From an uncultured Actinomycetota bacterium (GTDB lineage Bacteria > Actinomycetota > Actinomycetes > Mycobacteriales > SCTD01), in NCBI GenBank assembly GCA_963806415.1, contig CAWDYD010000003.1, positions 3,324 to 67,323 of the forward strand: DNA of 64,000 bases, in the 5' to 3' direction. Position numbers and translations under genes: made by a program. This document shows, piece after piece, positions 1-10,973 of the stretch. Position 1 is the stretch's first letter. The number at the start of each line of letters is the position of its first letter. A model generated the notes under the pieces. It was not told the origin of the DNA, searched no databases, and saw only the letters and a program-made list of their open reading frames with translations.

Positions 1-3
1 AGA

Positions 4-121
4 GTTACGGCGGTCATAGCGAGAGGGAAACGCCCGGCTCCATTCCGAACCCGGAAGCTAAGCCTTTCAGCGCCGATGGTACTGCACGGGAGACTGTGTG
101 GGAGAGTAGGACGCCGCCGGA
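4..121 (+). rRNA. rrf: 5S rRNA
   Basis: Typical actinobacterial 5S sequence (GTTACGGCGGTCATAGC...CCATTCCGAACCCGGAAGCTAAG...GCCGATGGTACT...GGGAGAGTAGGACGCCGCCG); ends approximate. Confidence 0.97.
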
Positions 122-130
122 CACATTGTT

Positions 131-177
131 CACGACGAGGGTCATCCGTTTTCCGGATGACCCTCGTCGTGCTTTCT
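131..177 (+). terminator. rRNA operon terminator
   Basis: Perfect 18-bp stem CACGACGAGGGTCATCCG (131-148) / CGGATGACCCTCGTCGTG (154-171), followed by CTTTCT. Confidence 0.85.
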
Positions 178-579
178 GGGTTCAGGTGCCCTCCGGCGGC
201 TGGCACCCGCACGGCCGGGTCGGCCGTGAGTTGCGCGGCCCCGGCGACACCCTGCGGACCATCACCTCGGGCGGTCGCGCCGGACTGATTCTGCCAAGGT
301 CGTAGCGCGCCGGCCCGGGCGAGGCCGGGTGACGACGTGCCTTGCGGCTGCACGCGCGAGACCGCCCCGTCGGCGGATCTGATCGGCGCCGCGGGACGAC
401 CCGCTGCGCAGCCGGCCCCGGAGCGGCGGTAGGCGGTGCTGCCCAGGGCCGCGGGCGGTCCCGGGCGCTCTCCGGCGCCCGGCCTGTCCGGCCCCGCCGC
501 CGGGCGTCGGGACGGGGTGGCCGTCGCCGGGCGGCTGCACGAGACCCGACACGCGGCACCGTGCGTTCAGGGCCTGCCG

Positions 580-1563
580 TCAGGCGCCGGAGCGGAGCTG
601 GTCCGCTCGTCGCCTGCGGCGCCGGTCGAGGCGGGGGAGCAGGACCCCGACGGCGGTGACGGCCGCGACGGCGTACGCCCAGCCGATCAGGACGTCGACG
701 ACGTAGTGCTCACCGCCGTACACCAGCGTGAAGGTCATGGCGGCCAGGTACCCCACGAGCAGGGTGCGGCCCAGGCGACGGCAGTACGGCCAGGCCAGCA
801 GCACGATGAGCATCGGGACGGCGCTGTGCAGGGACGGGATGGCGGCGACCGGGTTGGCGTAGGCCTCGCCCCGTTGCAGGGCGTTGTGGATCGTGGGGAT
901 GCCACTGACCTGCAGGGTGTGCGGCGTGACCCGCTCGACGAACGGCAGCAGGTCGGTCGTGCGGCTGGTCAGCCAGGGCGGCGCCGCGGGAAAGGCGGCG
1001 TAGGTGGCCAGAGTGGCGCCGGTCAGCACCACCAGGCTCCACACGTAATTCCGGAACCGTGCGTACGAGACCGCCCACAGTCCGGCGGCGACAGCCGTCG
1101 GCACGAGAAAGTGGCTCATGTAGACGGGAACGATGACGTAGTCGTACCAGGCGGGATCCGGTGTGTAGAGCCGCTCCTGCAGCCAGACCGTCGGCACTGT
1201 GCCGCCGAACAGGATCTCGTCCGCCCGCAGCTGGGGCAGGACGTGGGCGCGGGCCGACAGCTCGTCGGCGAAGCCGCGCAGCGTGTCGTAGCCGAACAGC
1301 ACGGCGAGCAACGGGGCCCAGTCGTGCAGCACCGCCCGGCGCCAGGCGGCGGCGTTGCCACCCACGACGGCGTACAGCAGGAAGAGCAGCCAGGCGGTCA
1401 CCACCTCCCGGCCGGTGGGGAACCCGAAGAACGCCGAGACGCCCAGAAAGGCCACCCCACCGCCGAGGAGCAGGCGCCGCCGGCGGACCGGGGCGCCGCT
1501 GCCGACAGCCCACGGCGACACCCGGGGCACTGCCGGGGCGGCCGGCTCCAGCAGGTCGGTCAC
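580..1563 (-). CDS. PAP2-superfamily membrane protein (inositol phosphorylceramide synthase-like)
   Basis: Several TM segments; motifs FPAAPPW, AIPSLHSA, GEHYVVD; GTG start 7 nt after TACGCT. Confidence 0.8.
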   Translation of the reverse strand: MTDLLEPAAPAVPRVSPWAVGSGAPVRRRRLLLGGGVAFLGVSAFFGFPTGREVVTAWLLFLLYAVVGGNAAAWRRAVLHDWAPLLAVLFGYDTLRGFADELSARAHVLPQLRADEILFGGTVPTVWLQERLYTPDPAWYDYVIVPVYMSHFLVPTAVAAGLWAVSYARFRNYVWSLVVLTGATLATYAAFPAAPPWLTSRTTDLLPFVERVTPHTLQVSGIPTIHNALQRGEAYANPVAAIPSLHSAVPMLIVLLAWPYCRRLGRTLLVGYLAAMTFTLVYGGEHYVVDVLIGWAYAVAAVTAVGVLLPRLDRRRRRRADQLRSGA

Positions 1564-1721
1564 GCCGTCGAGCGTAGGCGGCCGGCGGGCGGACACGCCC
1601 GCGTAGGATCGGCGGGTGGGCCGGTAGGCGCCGGGCGGTCGCGGGCGCCGGGCGGCGCCCCGGTTGGACCGGGCGGCCCGCGCTCCCGGACCGGTGTGCC
1701 CGCTGCTGTGGAAGGACGACT

Positions 1722-4196
1722 GTGACCGAGGCTCCGGCCGAGAAGGACGAGCGCTCCTACGACCCGCATGCGGTCCAGGAACGCTGGTTGCCGGTCTGGG
1801 ACCGGCTCGACCTCTACCGCGCGGGCCGCCGCGAGGGGGCGCCGAAGAAGTACGTGCTGGACATGTTCCCGTACCCCAGCGGCGACCTGCACATGGGCCA
1901 TGCCGAGGCGTACGGCCTGTGTGACGTCCTGGCGCGCTACTGGATGCGGCGCGGGTTCGACGTCCTGCACCCGATCGGCTGGGACTCCTTCGGGCTGCCG
2001 GCCGAGAACGCCGCGATCAAGCGGAACGAGCACCCGGCGACCTACACCTACGCCAACATCGAGACGCAGGCCGAGTCCTTCCGGCGGTACGCCATCAGCT
2101 TCGACTGGTCGCGGCGCCTGCACACCAGCGACCCGGAGTACTACCGCTGGACCCAGTGGCTGTTCCTGCGCTTCCGCGAGCAGGGCCTGGCGTACCGCAA
2201 GAGCAGCGCCGTCAACTGGTGCCCGAAGGACCAGACGGTGCTCGCGAACGAGCAGGTCGTGCAGGGCGCCTGCGAACGGTGCGGCACGCAGGTCACCAAG
2301 CGCGAGCTGACGCAGTGGTTCTTCAAGGTGACGGACTACGCCGACCGCCTGCTGGACGACATGGAGCAGCTGCGGGGCACCTGGCCCGACCGGGTCCTGC
2401 TCATGCAGAAGAACTGGATCGGCCGTTCGCAGGGAGCGCACGTCGACTTCCGCATCGACGGCCGGGACGTCACCGTGTTCACGACCCGGCCGGACACGCT
2501 CTACGGCGCGACGTTCTTCGTCGTGGCCGCAGACGCCCCGCTCGCCATGGAGCTGTGCGCGCCGGACCGGCGCGAGGCCCTCGCGACGTACCGCGAGCAG
2601 GTCCGGATGCTCTCCGACATCGACCGGCAGTCCACCGACCGGGAGAAGACCGGCGTCGACCTCGGCGTCACGGCCCTGAACCCGGTGAACGGCGAGCGGC
2701 TGCCGGTCTTCGCGGCCGACTACGTCCTCGCCGACTACGGCACCGGCGCCATCATGGCCGTGCCCGCGCACGACCAGCGCGACCTGGACTTCGCCCGCGC
2801 CTTCGACCTGCCGGTCCGCGTCGTGGTCGACACCGGCGCGGACGACCCGGCAGCCACCGGGCTGGCGACCGCCGGCGATGGCGTGCTGGTCAACAGCGGA
2901 CCGTACGACGGTCTCCGCAAGGACGAGGCCATCGCCCGGGTCGTCGCCGACCTGGAGCAGCGCGGCGGTGGGAAGGGCGCCATCAACTACCGCCTGCGGG
3001 ACTGGCTGCTGTCCCGGCAGCGGTTCTGGGGCACCCCGATCCCGATCGTGCACTGCCCGTCCTGCGGGGAGGTGGCGGTCCCGGACGACCAGCTGCCCGT
3101 GCAGCTGCCCGACCTGCGTGGCGCCGCGCTGAAGCCCGCCGGCACGTCGCCCCTCGGCGCGGCGACGGACTGGGTGCAGACGAGCTGCCCGTCCTGTGGC
3201 GGCGACGCGACCCGCGACACCGACACGATGGACACGTTCGTCGACTCCTCCTGGTACTACCTGCGCTACTGCTCGCCGGACTACCAGGACGGCCCGTTCG
3301 ACCCGCAGGCCGTGCGCTCGTGGATGCCCGTGGCGCAGTACGTCGGCGGCGTCGAGCACGCGATCCTGCACCTGCTCTACAGCCGGTTCTTCACCAAGGT
3401 GCTGCACGACCTCGGCATGATCGACGCCGTCGAGCCGTTCGCGGCGCTGATGAACCAGGGCCAGGTCATCAACCAGGGCAAGGCGATGAGCAAGTCGCTG
3501 GGCAACGGCGTGGACCTGGGCGAGCAGCTGTCGGCGTACGGCGTGGACGCGGTGCGCCTGACGGTCGTGTTCGCCGGACCGCCCGAGGACGACATCGACT
3601 GGGCCGACGTCTCGCCGTCGGGGGCGGTGAAGTACCTCAGCCGGGTGCTCCGGCTGGCGGGTGACGTCGCCGCGCTGCCCGTGACCGAGGACCGGGACGA
3701 GGCCGTCGACCGCGCCGTCGCCCGGTCGGTCGACGAGGTCACCCGCCTGGTGGAGGGGCAGCGCCTCAACGTCGGCATCGCCCGGCTGATGGAGCTCACC
3801 ACCGCCCTGCGTCGCGGCCTGGACGGGGCGGCCCCGGCGGCGGCCTCGTTGCGTGCCGGCGTCGAGGCGCTCGCCACGATGCTGGGCTGCTACGTGCCGT
3901 ACACGGCCGAGGAGGTCTGGTCGCGGCTGGGCCACGACGTCGAGGCCGGGGACTCGGTGCACGACAGCGACTGGCCGACCGCGGACCCGGCGCTGCTGGT
4001 CGAGGCGTCGGTCACCTGCGTCGTGCAGGTGGCCGGCAAGGTGCGGGACCGGCTCGACGTGCCGCCGGCCATCGCCCCGGCCGACCTGGAGGCGCTCGCT
4101 CTCGCCTCGGACGCGGTGAAACGCGCCCTGGACGGTCGGGACGTGCGGACCGTCATCGTCCGCGCACCCAAGCTCGTCAACGTCGTGCCCGCCTGA
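1722..4196 (+). CDS. leuS: Leucine--tRNA ligase
   Basis: [11 protein letters not shown] (HIGH), KAMSKS (KMSKS), editing motifs FTTRPDT and [12 protein letters not shown]. Confidence 0.98.
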   Translation: MTEAPAEKDERSYDPHAVQERWLPVWDRLDLYRAGRREGAPKKYVLDMFPYPSGDLHMGHAEAYGLCDVLARYWMRRGFDVLHPIGWDSFGLPAENAAIKRNEHPATYTYANIETQAESFRRYAISFDWSRRLHTSDPEYYRWTQWLFLRFREQGLAYRKSSAVNWCPKDQTVLANEQVVQGACERCGTQVTKRELTQWFFKVTDYADRLLDDMEQLRGTWPDRVLLMQKNWIGRSQGAHVDFRIDGRDVTVFTTRPDTLYGATFFVVAADAPLAMELCAPDRREALATYREQVRMLSDIDRQSTDREKTGVDLGVTALNPVNGERLPVFAADYVLADYGTGAIMAVPAHDQRDLDFARAFDLPVRVVVDTGADDPAATGLATAGDGVLVNSGPYDGLRKDEAIARVVADLEQRGGGKGAINYRLRDWLLSRQRFWGTPIPIVHCPSCGEVAVPDDQLPVQLPDLRGAALKPAGTSPLGAATDWVQTSCPSCGGDATRDTDTMDTFVDSSWYYLRYCSPDYQDGPFDPQAVRSWMPVAQYVGGVEHAILHLLYSRFFTKVLHDLGMIDAVEPFAALMNQGQVINQGKAMSKSLGNGVDLGEQLSAYGVDAVRLTVVFAGPPEDDIDWADVSPSGAVKYLSRVLRLAGDVAALPVTEDRDEAVDRAVARSVDEVTRLVEGQRLNVGIARLMELTTALRRGLDGAAPAAASLRAGVEALATMLGCYVPYTAEEVWSRLGHDVEAGDSVHDSDWPTADPALLVEASVTCVVQVAGKVRDRLDVPPAIAPADLEALALASDAVKRALDGRDVRTVIVRAPKLVNVVPA

Positions 4197-4205
4197 GGGA
4201 GCCCG

Positions 4206-5075
4206 GTGCCGCACTCCGAGCCCGACGCGGGTGGGCGGGTCGCCGTCGTCACCGACAGCACGGCCTACCTGCCGGAGGGCGAAGCGGAACGGCGGTCGAT
4301 CACCGTCGTGCCGCTGCACGTGGTGCTTGGCAGGCGCACCGGCGCCGAGGGGGTCCAGGTGCGACCCGCCGACGTGGCACGCGCGCTCGCGGAACGACGC
4401 GTCGAGGTCAGCACGTCCCGCCCCACGCCCGCGGAGCTCACCGCGGCCTACCGAGCCACCGGCGCCACGCAGATCGTCTCGGTGCACCTGTCGTCGGCGC
4501 TGTCCGGAACCGTCGACGCGGCCCGGCTGGCCGCGTCGACGGTCGCAGCCGACGGACTGGCGGTCCGGGTGCTCGACTCCCGCACGCTCGCCATGGGGCT
4601 GGGCTTCGCCGTGCTCGCCGCCGCTCGTTCCGCCGGTGCCGGTGCCGGGCTGGACGACGTCGCCGCGGCGGCCCGCGAGACCGCACGGCGCACGACCCTG
4701 CTGTTCTACGTCGACACGCTGGAGCACCTGCGGCGCGGAGGCCGGATCGGTGCCGCGGCGGCGATGGTCGGGACCGCGCTGGCCGTCAAGCCGCTGCTGC
4801 TCGTCGAGGACGGCACGATCCGTCCGCTCGAGCGGGTGCGGACGGCGTCCCGTGCCCTCTCGCGCCTGGAGGAACGGGCCGTGGAGGCGGCCCAGGACGG
4901 CCCGGTCGACGTCGCGGTGCACCACCTCGCCGCGCCGGAGGCTGCGCTCGCGATGGCGGAGCGCCTGCGCCCCCTCCTGCCGAGGCTGGGATCGCTGTAC
5001 GTCTCGGAGATCGGCGCCGTCGTGGGGGCTCATGTCGGGCCCGGGGCGCTCGGCGTCGTCGTGGCGCGACGATGA
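4206..5075 (+). CDS. DegV family fatty-acid-binding protein
   Basis: VVTDST, STSRP, SSALSGT, HLRRGGRIG, GAHVGPG motifs. Confidence 0.93.
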   Translation: MPHSEPDAGGRVAVVTDSTAYLPEGEAERRSITVVPLHVVLGRRTGAEGVQVRPADVARALAERRVEVSTSRPTPAELTAAYRATGATQIVSVHLSSALSGTVDAARLAASTVAADGLAVRVLDSRTLAMGLGFAVLAAARSAGAGAGLDDVAAAARETARRTTLLFYVDTLEHLRRGGRIGAAAAMVGTALAVKPLLLVEDGTIRPLERVRTASRALSRLEERAVEAAQDGPVDVAVHHLAAPEAALAMAERLRPLLPRLGSLYVSEIGAVVGAHVGPGALGVVVARR

Positions 5076-5623
5076 ACGGCCTGCTGCTGGCCGCGGCGGC
5101 CGTCGGCTACCTGACCGGCTCGGTCTCGCCGGCGATCCTGGTGACCCGGGCCCGCGGCATCGACCTGCGGGGAGTCGGCTCGGGCAACCCGGGCGCCGCC
5201 AACACCGGTCGCGCGCTGGGACGGCGCTGGGGGGTGCTGGTCGCGCTGCTGGACGCCGTCAAGGGACTGCTGCCGGCGGCCCTGTTCGGTCTCGCCGGGC
5301 ACGACGCGGGCCTGGTCGCCGGCGCCGCTGCGGTGCTCGGGCACGTCACGTCCCCCCTGCTGCGGGGGCGGGGCGGCAAGGGGGTGGCCACCGCGGCGGG
5401 AGCCGTGCTCGGTTCGCACCCGCTGTGGTTCCCCGTCATGCTGCTCAGCTGGCTGATCGTGCTGGGGGCGTCGCGCTGGATCGCGCTGGCGTCGGTCAGC
5501 GCCGCGCTCGTCCTGGTCGCCCTGGCAGTGGTCACCGGGGAGGACCGGCTGTGGGCCGGCGTGCTCTTCGCCGTCATCGCTGTTCGTCACCGCCGCAACT
5601 TCGCGCGACGGGCTGCCGGCTGA
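5072..5623 (+). CDS. plsY: Glycerol-3-phosphate acyltransferase PlsY
   Basis: [16 protein letters not shown]...GGKGVAT, C-terminal HRRN; hydrophobic; ATGA overlap with DegV. Confidence 0.88.
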   Translation: MNGLLLAAAAVGYLTGSVSPAILVTRARGIDLRGVGSGNPGAANTGRALGRRWGVLVALLDAVKGLLPAALFGLAGHDAGLVAGAAAVLGHVTSPLLRGRGGKGVATAAGAVLGSHPLWFPVMLLSWLIVLGASRWIALASVSAALVLVALAVVTGEDRLWAGVLFAVIAVRHRRNFARRAAG

Positions 5624-5708
5624 CGTTCGGCGCCCACAGCAGCCGTCGTCGTCCACAGCTTTCCCGGGCCGCTCCGCCGGGCCCCACCTGGTGCCCCACG
5701 GTCGGCGC

Positions 5709-6614
5709 ATGCCCGCTCTGCGCCGCCCCGTCCCGGCCGACCCCCTGGTCCTGGCGCGGTTCGCCGCGCTGACACCGCCCCCTCGGGGCTGGGTGCCTCC
5801 GCAACCGGACCTCGGCGCACCCGCCTTCCCGCCCGGCGACGGCCCGCCGTCCGCCCCGCCACACCCGGTGCCTCCCCAGCCGTGGCCCGACGACCCCGCC
5901 CACCCTGACGACCCGCGCGCGGAGACGACGACGCCATGGCACGAGCCCTCCGGCGACGGCGACGGCGAGACGACACCGGCCGCGCCCGAGGCGGCCGGCG
6001 CGTGGGTGCACTGGCGGGGCAGCCGTCTCGACCCGGGCCGGCGCGGGGTGGCCGCCCTGCTGCTGGTCGCGGTGCTCGCCGCCGCGCTGTCGGCCGGCGT
6101 CGTGCTGCGGTCCCGGCCGCAGGCGGTGACAGCACCACCGGTGGTGACCGCTGACCCGCTGCTGCCCGGCGACCCGCTGCTGCCCGGCGGCGGTCCCGCA
6201 CCGCAGTCCGCCGAGGTCGTGGTGTCGGTGGCCGGGAAGGTCGCCTCGCCCGCCGTGCTGCGACTACCGCCCGGCAGCCGCGTCGAGGACGCGCTGCGGG
6301 CGGCCGGTGGGGCGCTGCCCGGAGCGGACCTGACCGGCCTGAACCCCGCCCGCCGCGTGGTCGACGGCGAGCAGGTGCTGGTGGGGATCCCCCAGCCGAC
6401 CGGCGCCGGGGCGGCGGCCGGCGGGCTGCTGGATCTCAACACCGCGACCGCCGAGCAGCTCGACGCCCTGCCGGGCATCGGCCCGGTGCTCGCGACGCGC
6501 ATCGTCGACTGGCGCGTGGAGCACGGCCCGTTCCGCAGTGTCGAGCAGCTGCGGGAGGTCGGTGGGATCGGCGCGAGCAAGTTCGGCCAGCTCCGGGCCA
6601 AGGTGCGGGTGTGA
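5709..6614 (+). CDS. comEA: ComEA family DNA-binding protein (SLBB + HhH)
   Basis: Pro-rich N-terminus, TM helix, VSVAGKV...[27 protein letters not shown]. Confidence 0.92.
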   Translation: MPALRRPVPADPLVLARFAALTPPPRGWVPPQPDLGAPAFPPGDGPPSAPPHPVPPQPWPDDPAHPDDPRAETTTPWHEPSGDGDGETTPAAPEAAGAWVHWRGSRLDPGRRGVAALLLVAVLAAALSAGVVLRSRPQAVTAPPVVTADPLLPGDPLLPGGGPAPQSAEVVVSVAGKVASPAVLRLPPGSRVEDALRAAGGALPGADLTGLNPARRVVDGEQVLVGIPQPTGAGAAAGGLLDLNTATAEQLDALPGIGPVLATRIVDWRVEHGPFRSVEQLREVGGIGASKFGQLRAKVRV

Positions 6615-9001
6615 CACCGGCCGCGGGGGGACCGCCGGACCTGCGGTTGGCGCTGCCCGCGACCGCCGCCTGGCTGGTGGCGTGGCAGGGCCGGCTGCTG
6701 TCGGTACCCCTCCTGGTGGGTCTCAGCCTGGGAGCCGCCGTCGCGGTCACCGGGCTGGTCTGGAGAGGTCGGCACCGACCGTGGGCGCTGGTCGCCGCGG
6801 CCACCCTGCTGTGCGCCGCTGCGGCAGGACTCGTCACCGCCGCGCACGGTCAGGTACGCAGCGCGGAACCGCTGCGCTCCCTGGCCGAGCGGCGGGCCGC
6901 CGTCCGGGTGCTGGCGGTCCTCACCGACGACCCCCGGCTCGCCCAGGGCCGCGCCGGCCGGGACCCGCTGGTGGTGGTTCGGGTGCGGGTCCAACGCGTC
7001 GAGGCCGGCGCACGGACCGTCCACCTGCGGGCTCCGCTGCTGGTGCTCTCGTCGGACCCGGCGTGGCTGGCGCTCCTGCCCTCGCAGGACGTGCAGGTGA
7101 GCGGGCGGCTGCAGAGGGCCGAGCGGGGCGACGACGTGGCCGCGGTGCTGTCCGGACGCGGACCGCCCGAGGTGCTGACGGCACCGAGCCCGGTGCAGGC
7201 GGTGGCCGGGCACCTGCGCGCCGGCCTGCGGGCTGCCGTGCGTCCGCTGCCCGCCGCCGAGCGGGGGTTGCTACCGGGCCTGGTCGTGGGGGACACCAGC
7301 CGGCTGACGGACGACGTCCGGCGGAACTTCCGCACCGTCGGGCTGACCCACCTCACGGCCGTGTCCGGCACGAACGTCGCCATCGTGGTGGCGGCGGCCC
7401 TCGCGCTCGCCACCCGCGCCGGGCTGGGCCTGCGCTGGCGGCCATTGCTGGCCGCGCTGGCGCTTGCCGGCTTCGTCGTGCTGGCACGCCCCAGCCCGAG
7501 CGTCCTGCGGGCCGCCCTGATGGGGGTGATCGGCCTGCTGGCCCTGCTGACGGGGGGTCGGCGGCACGCGGTCGCCAGCCTGTCCGCGGCCGTGCTGGTC
7601 CTGGTGCTGCTGTCTCCCGGGCTCGCTGCCAGCCCCGGCTTCGCGCTGTCGGTGCTGGCGACCGCCGGACTGCTCGTGCTCGCGCCGCCGTGGCGCGCCG
7701 GCCTGTCCCGCTGGCTCCCGGTCTGGCTGGCCGAGGCGGTCGCGGTACCCGCCGCCGCGCAGGCGGCGTGCGGTCCGATCGTGGTGGCGCTGGCGGGGAC
7801 GCTGGGGCTGCTGTCGGTGCCGGCGAACCTGCTGGCCGTCCCCGCCGTCGCGCCCGCCACGGTTCTCGGCGTGCTCGCGGCCCTGCTCGCGCCGGTGAGC
7901 CTTCCGCTCGCGCAGGGGGTCGCCTGGCTGGCCTACCCGCCGACGGCCTGGCTCGTGCTGGTCTCGCGGACCGGGGCGACGCTGCCCCTGGCAGAGCTGC
8001 CGTGGCCCGACGGCAGCGCCGGGGCAGCGCTGCTGGCGGCCCTCACCGTCGCGGCCGTGCCGCTGCTGAGGCGTCGGGCCGGCCGTCGGGTCGCGCTCGC
8101 GGGTGCGCTCGGCGCGGTCAGCGCGGCCGCCACGCTGACCGCGCTGACGCCGTCCTGGCCACCGCGGGGATGGCTGGTCACCATGTGCGACGTCGGTCAG
8201 GGCGACGCGCTGGCCGTCCGGACCGGACCGGACGCGGCGCTGGTCGTCGACGCCGGACCCGATCCGGAGGCTGTCGACCGTTGCCTGCGGCGGCTCGGCG
8301 TGCGCCGGGTCCCGCTCGTGGTGCTCACCCACCCGCATGCCGACCATGTGGCAGGCCTGCCCGGGGTCCTGCGCGGGCGCCGCGTCGGTGCCGTCGAGGT
8401 CGGGCCCGGCGCCGAACCGGCGGAGCAGCTCGCCCGGGTGGCGTCCTCGTCGCGGACCGCCGGTGTGCCACTGCGGCGGGCGGTCGTGGGCCAGACCCGC
8501 GAGGCGGGCCCCGTCCGGTGGTCGGTGCTCGGCCCTCGGAGCGTGCATCGGGGGACCAGGTCGGATCCCAACAACGACAGCATCGTCCTGCGGGTCGAGA
8601 CCGGCGGGATGGCGCTGCTGCTCAGCGGGGACGTCGAACCCGAGGCGCAGGCCGAGCTGGTGTCGAGCGGCGTCGTGCTGCGGGCCGACGTGCTCAAGGT
8701 CCCGCACCACGGCAGCGCGCATCAGCACCCGGCGTTCCTGGCGGCCGTCGCCGCCCGGGTCGGGTTGACCAGCGTGGGGGCCGGCAACACGTACGGCCAT
8801 CCGGCGGCGACGACGATGAGAGCGCTGCAGGCACGTGGCGCCGCGCTCTACCGCACCGACCTGCACGGGGACGTGGCCCTGACGACCCGGCACGGCGCGG
8901 TGGTCGTGGTCCCGCAGAAGGGACGGCTCACCGGGGCGCGGTCGCCGCCCGCCGTGCGTGGGACGATGGGGTCGTGGCAGCCACCTCTCCCCCCACGCTG
9001 A
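6611..9001 (+). CDS. comEC: ComEC/Rec2 competence protein
   Basis: [18 protein letters not shown]; MBL domain motifs DVGQGD, THPHADH, KVPHHGS. Confidence 0.95.
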   Translation: MTPAAGGPPDLRLALPATAAWLVAWQGRLLSVPLLVGLSLGAAVAVTGLVWRGRHRPWALVAAATLLCAAAAGLVTAAHGQVRSAEPLRSLAERRAAVRVLAVLTDDPRLAQGRAGRDPLVVVRVRVQRVEAGARTVHLRAPLLVLSSDPAWLALLPSQDVQVSGRLQRAERGDDVAAVLSGRGPPEVLTAPSPVQAVAGHLRAGLRAAVRPLPAAERGLLPGLVVGDTSRLTDDVRRNFRTVGLTHLTAVSGTNVAIVVAAALALATRAGLGLRWRPLLAALALAGFVVLARPSPSVLRAALMGVIGLLALLTGGRRHAVASLSAAVLVLVLLSPGLAASPGFALSVLATAGLLVLAPPWRAGLSRWLPVWLAEAVAVPAAAQAACGPIVVALAGTLGLLSVPANLLAVPAVAPATVLGVLAALLAPVSLPLAQGVAWLAYPPTAWLVLVSRTGATLPLAELPWPDGSAGAALLAALTVAAVPLLRRRAGRRVALAGALGAVSAAATLTALTPSWPPRGWLVTMCDVGQGDALAVRTGPDAALVVDAGPDPEAVDRCLRRLGVRRVPLVVLTHPHADHVAGLPGVLRGRRVGAVEVGPGAEPAEQLARVASSSRTAGVPLRRAVVGQTREAGPVRWSVLGPRSVHRGTRSDPNNDSIVLRVETGGMALLLSGDVEPEAQAELVSSGVVLRADVLKVPHHGSAHQHPAFLAAVAARVGLTSVGAGNTYGHPAATTMRALQARGAALYRTDLHGDVALTTRHGAVVVVPQKGRLTGARSPPAVRGTMGSWQPPLPPR

Positions 9002-9939
9002 CGCTGGTCGTGGGGGAGGAGGACCTGCTCGTCGGACGGGCGGTCGGAGCCGTGCTGCAGGCGGCGCGGTCGACCGATCCACAGGTCGACGTCCGGGACC
9101 TGCCCGCTGTCGAGCTGCAGCCCGGAGACCTCCCGGAGCTGGTCAGCCCGTCGCTGTTCGGCGAGCGCCGGGTGCTCGTCGTGCGGGCGGCGCAGGACCT
9201 GTCCGAGCCGGTGGCCCGCGAGCTGCTGGCGTACGCCGAGCACCTGCTGCCCGAGATCAGCCTCGTCGTCTGCCACGCCGGCGGCGCGAAGGGCAAGAAG
9301 CTGCTGACCGCGCTGGGCGCGCTGGGTGCGGAGCGGGTCGAGGCGCCGAAGATGACCCGGCTGTCGGACCGGCGTGACTTCCTCCGCCGGGAGCTGCGCA
9401 GCGGAGGACGGCGGGTGACCGAGGGCGCGGTGACGATGCTGCTGGACTCCGTCGGCAGCGACCTGCGGGAGCTGTGCTCGGCGGCCGGGCAGCTGCTGGC
9501 CGACACGACCGGCCCGCTGGACGAGGACGTCGTCGGCCGCTACCACCGGGGCCGGGCCGAGCTCACCGGCTTCGCCGTCGCCGACCGGACCATCGACGGC
9601 GACCTGGCCGGCGCCCTCGAGCTCGCCCGGTACGGCGAGACCACGGGCCTGGCGCCCGTCCTCGTCACGAGCGCTCTCGCCGGGTCGCTCCGCTCGATCG
9701 CGCTGGTGCGGTCCTCCGGCGGCGCGCCGGCCGGCCAGATCGCCGCCGACCTGAAGATGCCGCCCTGGCGGGTCGACAAGGTCCGCCGGCAGGGCCACGG
9801 CTGGGGGCCGGTGGGACTGTCAGAGGCCCTGCGGCTGGTCGCCGCCGCGGACGCCGAGGTCAAGGGCGCTGCCGCCGACGCCCAGTACGCGCTCGAGCGG
9901 GCGCTCCTGGGCGTCGTCCAGGCGCGACACGGCCGGTGA
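8974..9939 (+). CDS. holA: DNA polymerase III delta subunit
   Basis: C-terminal part of ORF 6538..9939: LVVGEEDLL, SPSLFG, ADAEVKG; position after comEC. Confidence 0.92.
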   Translation: MAATSPPTLTLVVGEEDLLVGRAVGAVLQAARSTDPQVDVRDLPAVELQPGDLPELVSPSLFGERRVLVVRAAQDLSEPVARELLAYAEHLLPEISLVVCHAGGAKGKKLLTALGALGAERVEAPKMTRLSDRRDFLRRELRSGGRRVTEGAVTMLLDSVGSDLRELCSAAGQLLADTTGPLDEDVVGRYHRGRAELTGFAVADRTIDGDLAGALELARYGETTGLAPVLVTSALAGSLRSIALVRSSGGAPAGQIAADLKMPPWRVDKVRRQGHGWGPVGLSEALRLVAAADAEVKGAAADAQYALERALLGVVQARHGR

Positions 9940-9946
9940 CCCGCCC

Positions 9947-10363
9947 ATGACCCGGCGCCCGCTGTCGGCGCGGGTGCTCGGTCTCAAGCACCTGCCGTGG
10001 GCGCCGTGGCAGCGAGCGCTGCTGCTGGACGGCCCGCTGGTCATCGCCGTCCTGCTCGTGCTGGCCGACCTGGCCAGCGCCTGGGTCCTGGTCGTCCTGC
10101 CGCTGGCCGTCGCCGTCGTGGTCAAGGCGAACGACGTCCTGGCGGGTCGGCTGCACGCTTCCCGGCACCCGCCGACCGGGACCCGGTCAGCCGACCAGCC
10201 GGCGGGGGCTGCACTTCCCGGCCCGGCCGACGCACGCGAGGACAGCATCGCCCAGCCCGCCGTTCCCACCCAACCCCCGGGCCTCGACCAGCCAACCGGC
10301 CCCGAGCAGCCGGGCTCTCCCGGCCCGGACCCCGAGGCCCCGGCCGGCCCGCCCGCCCGGTGA
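9947..10363 (+). CDS. Hypothetical membrane protein with Pro-rich tail
   Basis: Two hydrophobic stretches then a P/Q-rich tail; fills the gap after holA. Confidence 0.55.
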   Translation: MTRRPLSARVLGLKHLPWAPWQRALLLDGPLVIAVLLVLADLASAWVLVVLPLAVAVVVKANDVLAGRLHASRHPPTGTRSADQPAGAALPGPADAREDSIAQPAVPTQPPGLDQPTGPEQPGSPGPDPEAPAGPPAR

Positions 10364-10416
10364 GACGCGCCCGGGCGGGCGAGCACCCGACCGGCGGCCC
10401 CGGCTCGGAACGCCGA

Positions 10417-10446
10417 ACGGCGCCGACCCGCAGGGGTCGACGCCGT
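10417..10446. terminator. Hairpin between convergent genes, downstream of rpsT
   Basis: ACGGCGCCGACCC-gcag-GGGTCGACGCCGT imperfect stem. Confidence 0.55.
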
Positions 10447-10461
10447 CGGGTGTGCGGTCGA

Positions 10462-10744
10462 TCAGGCCGAGGGAGAGGTCTCCGCGAGCTTGGCGGTCCG
10501 CTGGGCCATCGCCGACTTGCGGTTGGCGGCCTGGTTCGCGTGGATGACGCCCTTGCTCGCGGCCTTGTCGAGCTGCGCGGCTCGCGGCCTGCATCTGCGT
10601 GGTCGCCGTGCCGACGTCGCCGGCGTCGGCGGCCTCGCGGAACTTGCGGATGGCGGTCTTGAGCGAGCTCTTGACCGACTTGTTGCGCAGGCGGGCCTTC
10701 TCGTTCGTCTTGATCCGCTTGATCTGGGACTTGATGTTGGCCAC
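10462..10744 (-). CDS. rpsT: 30S ribosomal protein S20 (one frameshift near 10575, probable sequence error)
   Basis: [22 protein letters not shown]... continues in another frame as [21 protein letters not shown]; span 283 nt = 94 codons + 1. Confidence 0.95.
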
Positions 10745-10924
10745 GCGCGAGGGTCCTCGTCAGTTCGGTGTCAGCAGGCGTGCGGCAGCGCGGCACGCGG
10801 TCCCAGCGAGCCTAGCAGCCGTCGTCCCGGCCCCTGCTCCGGGCGGCCGCGCCGGGCCGGTGCGCGGGGCCGGACCGCCCAGGCCGCGGCCGCCACCGGT
10901 CCCCGATCCGCGCCCCCACAGGCG

Positions 10925-10951
10925 GAAACCTGCACGGAACCGTTCTGACAC
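10925..10951 (+). promoter_or_regulatory. GlnR-box-like array
   Basis: GAAAC-n6-GGAAC-n6-GACAC, upstream of TACGTT (-10) at 10962-10967. Confidence 0.55.
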
Positions 10952-10973
10952 GGGCAGGGCGTACGTTCCGCCC

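Noticed and set aside
182-579. Small ORFs downstream of the 5S rRNA
   Set aside because: Arg/Pro/Gly-rich translations with no motifs or clear start signals
1604-1721. T-box or attenuator upstream of leuS
   Set aside because: No T-box consensus or Leu-rich leader peptide visible
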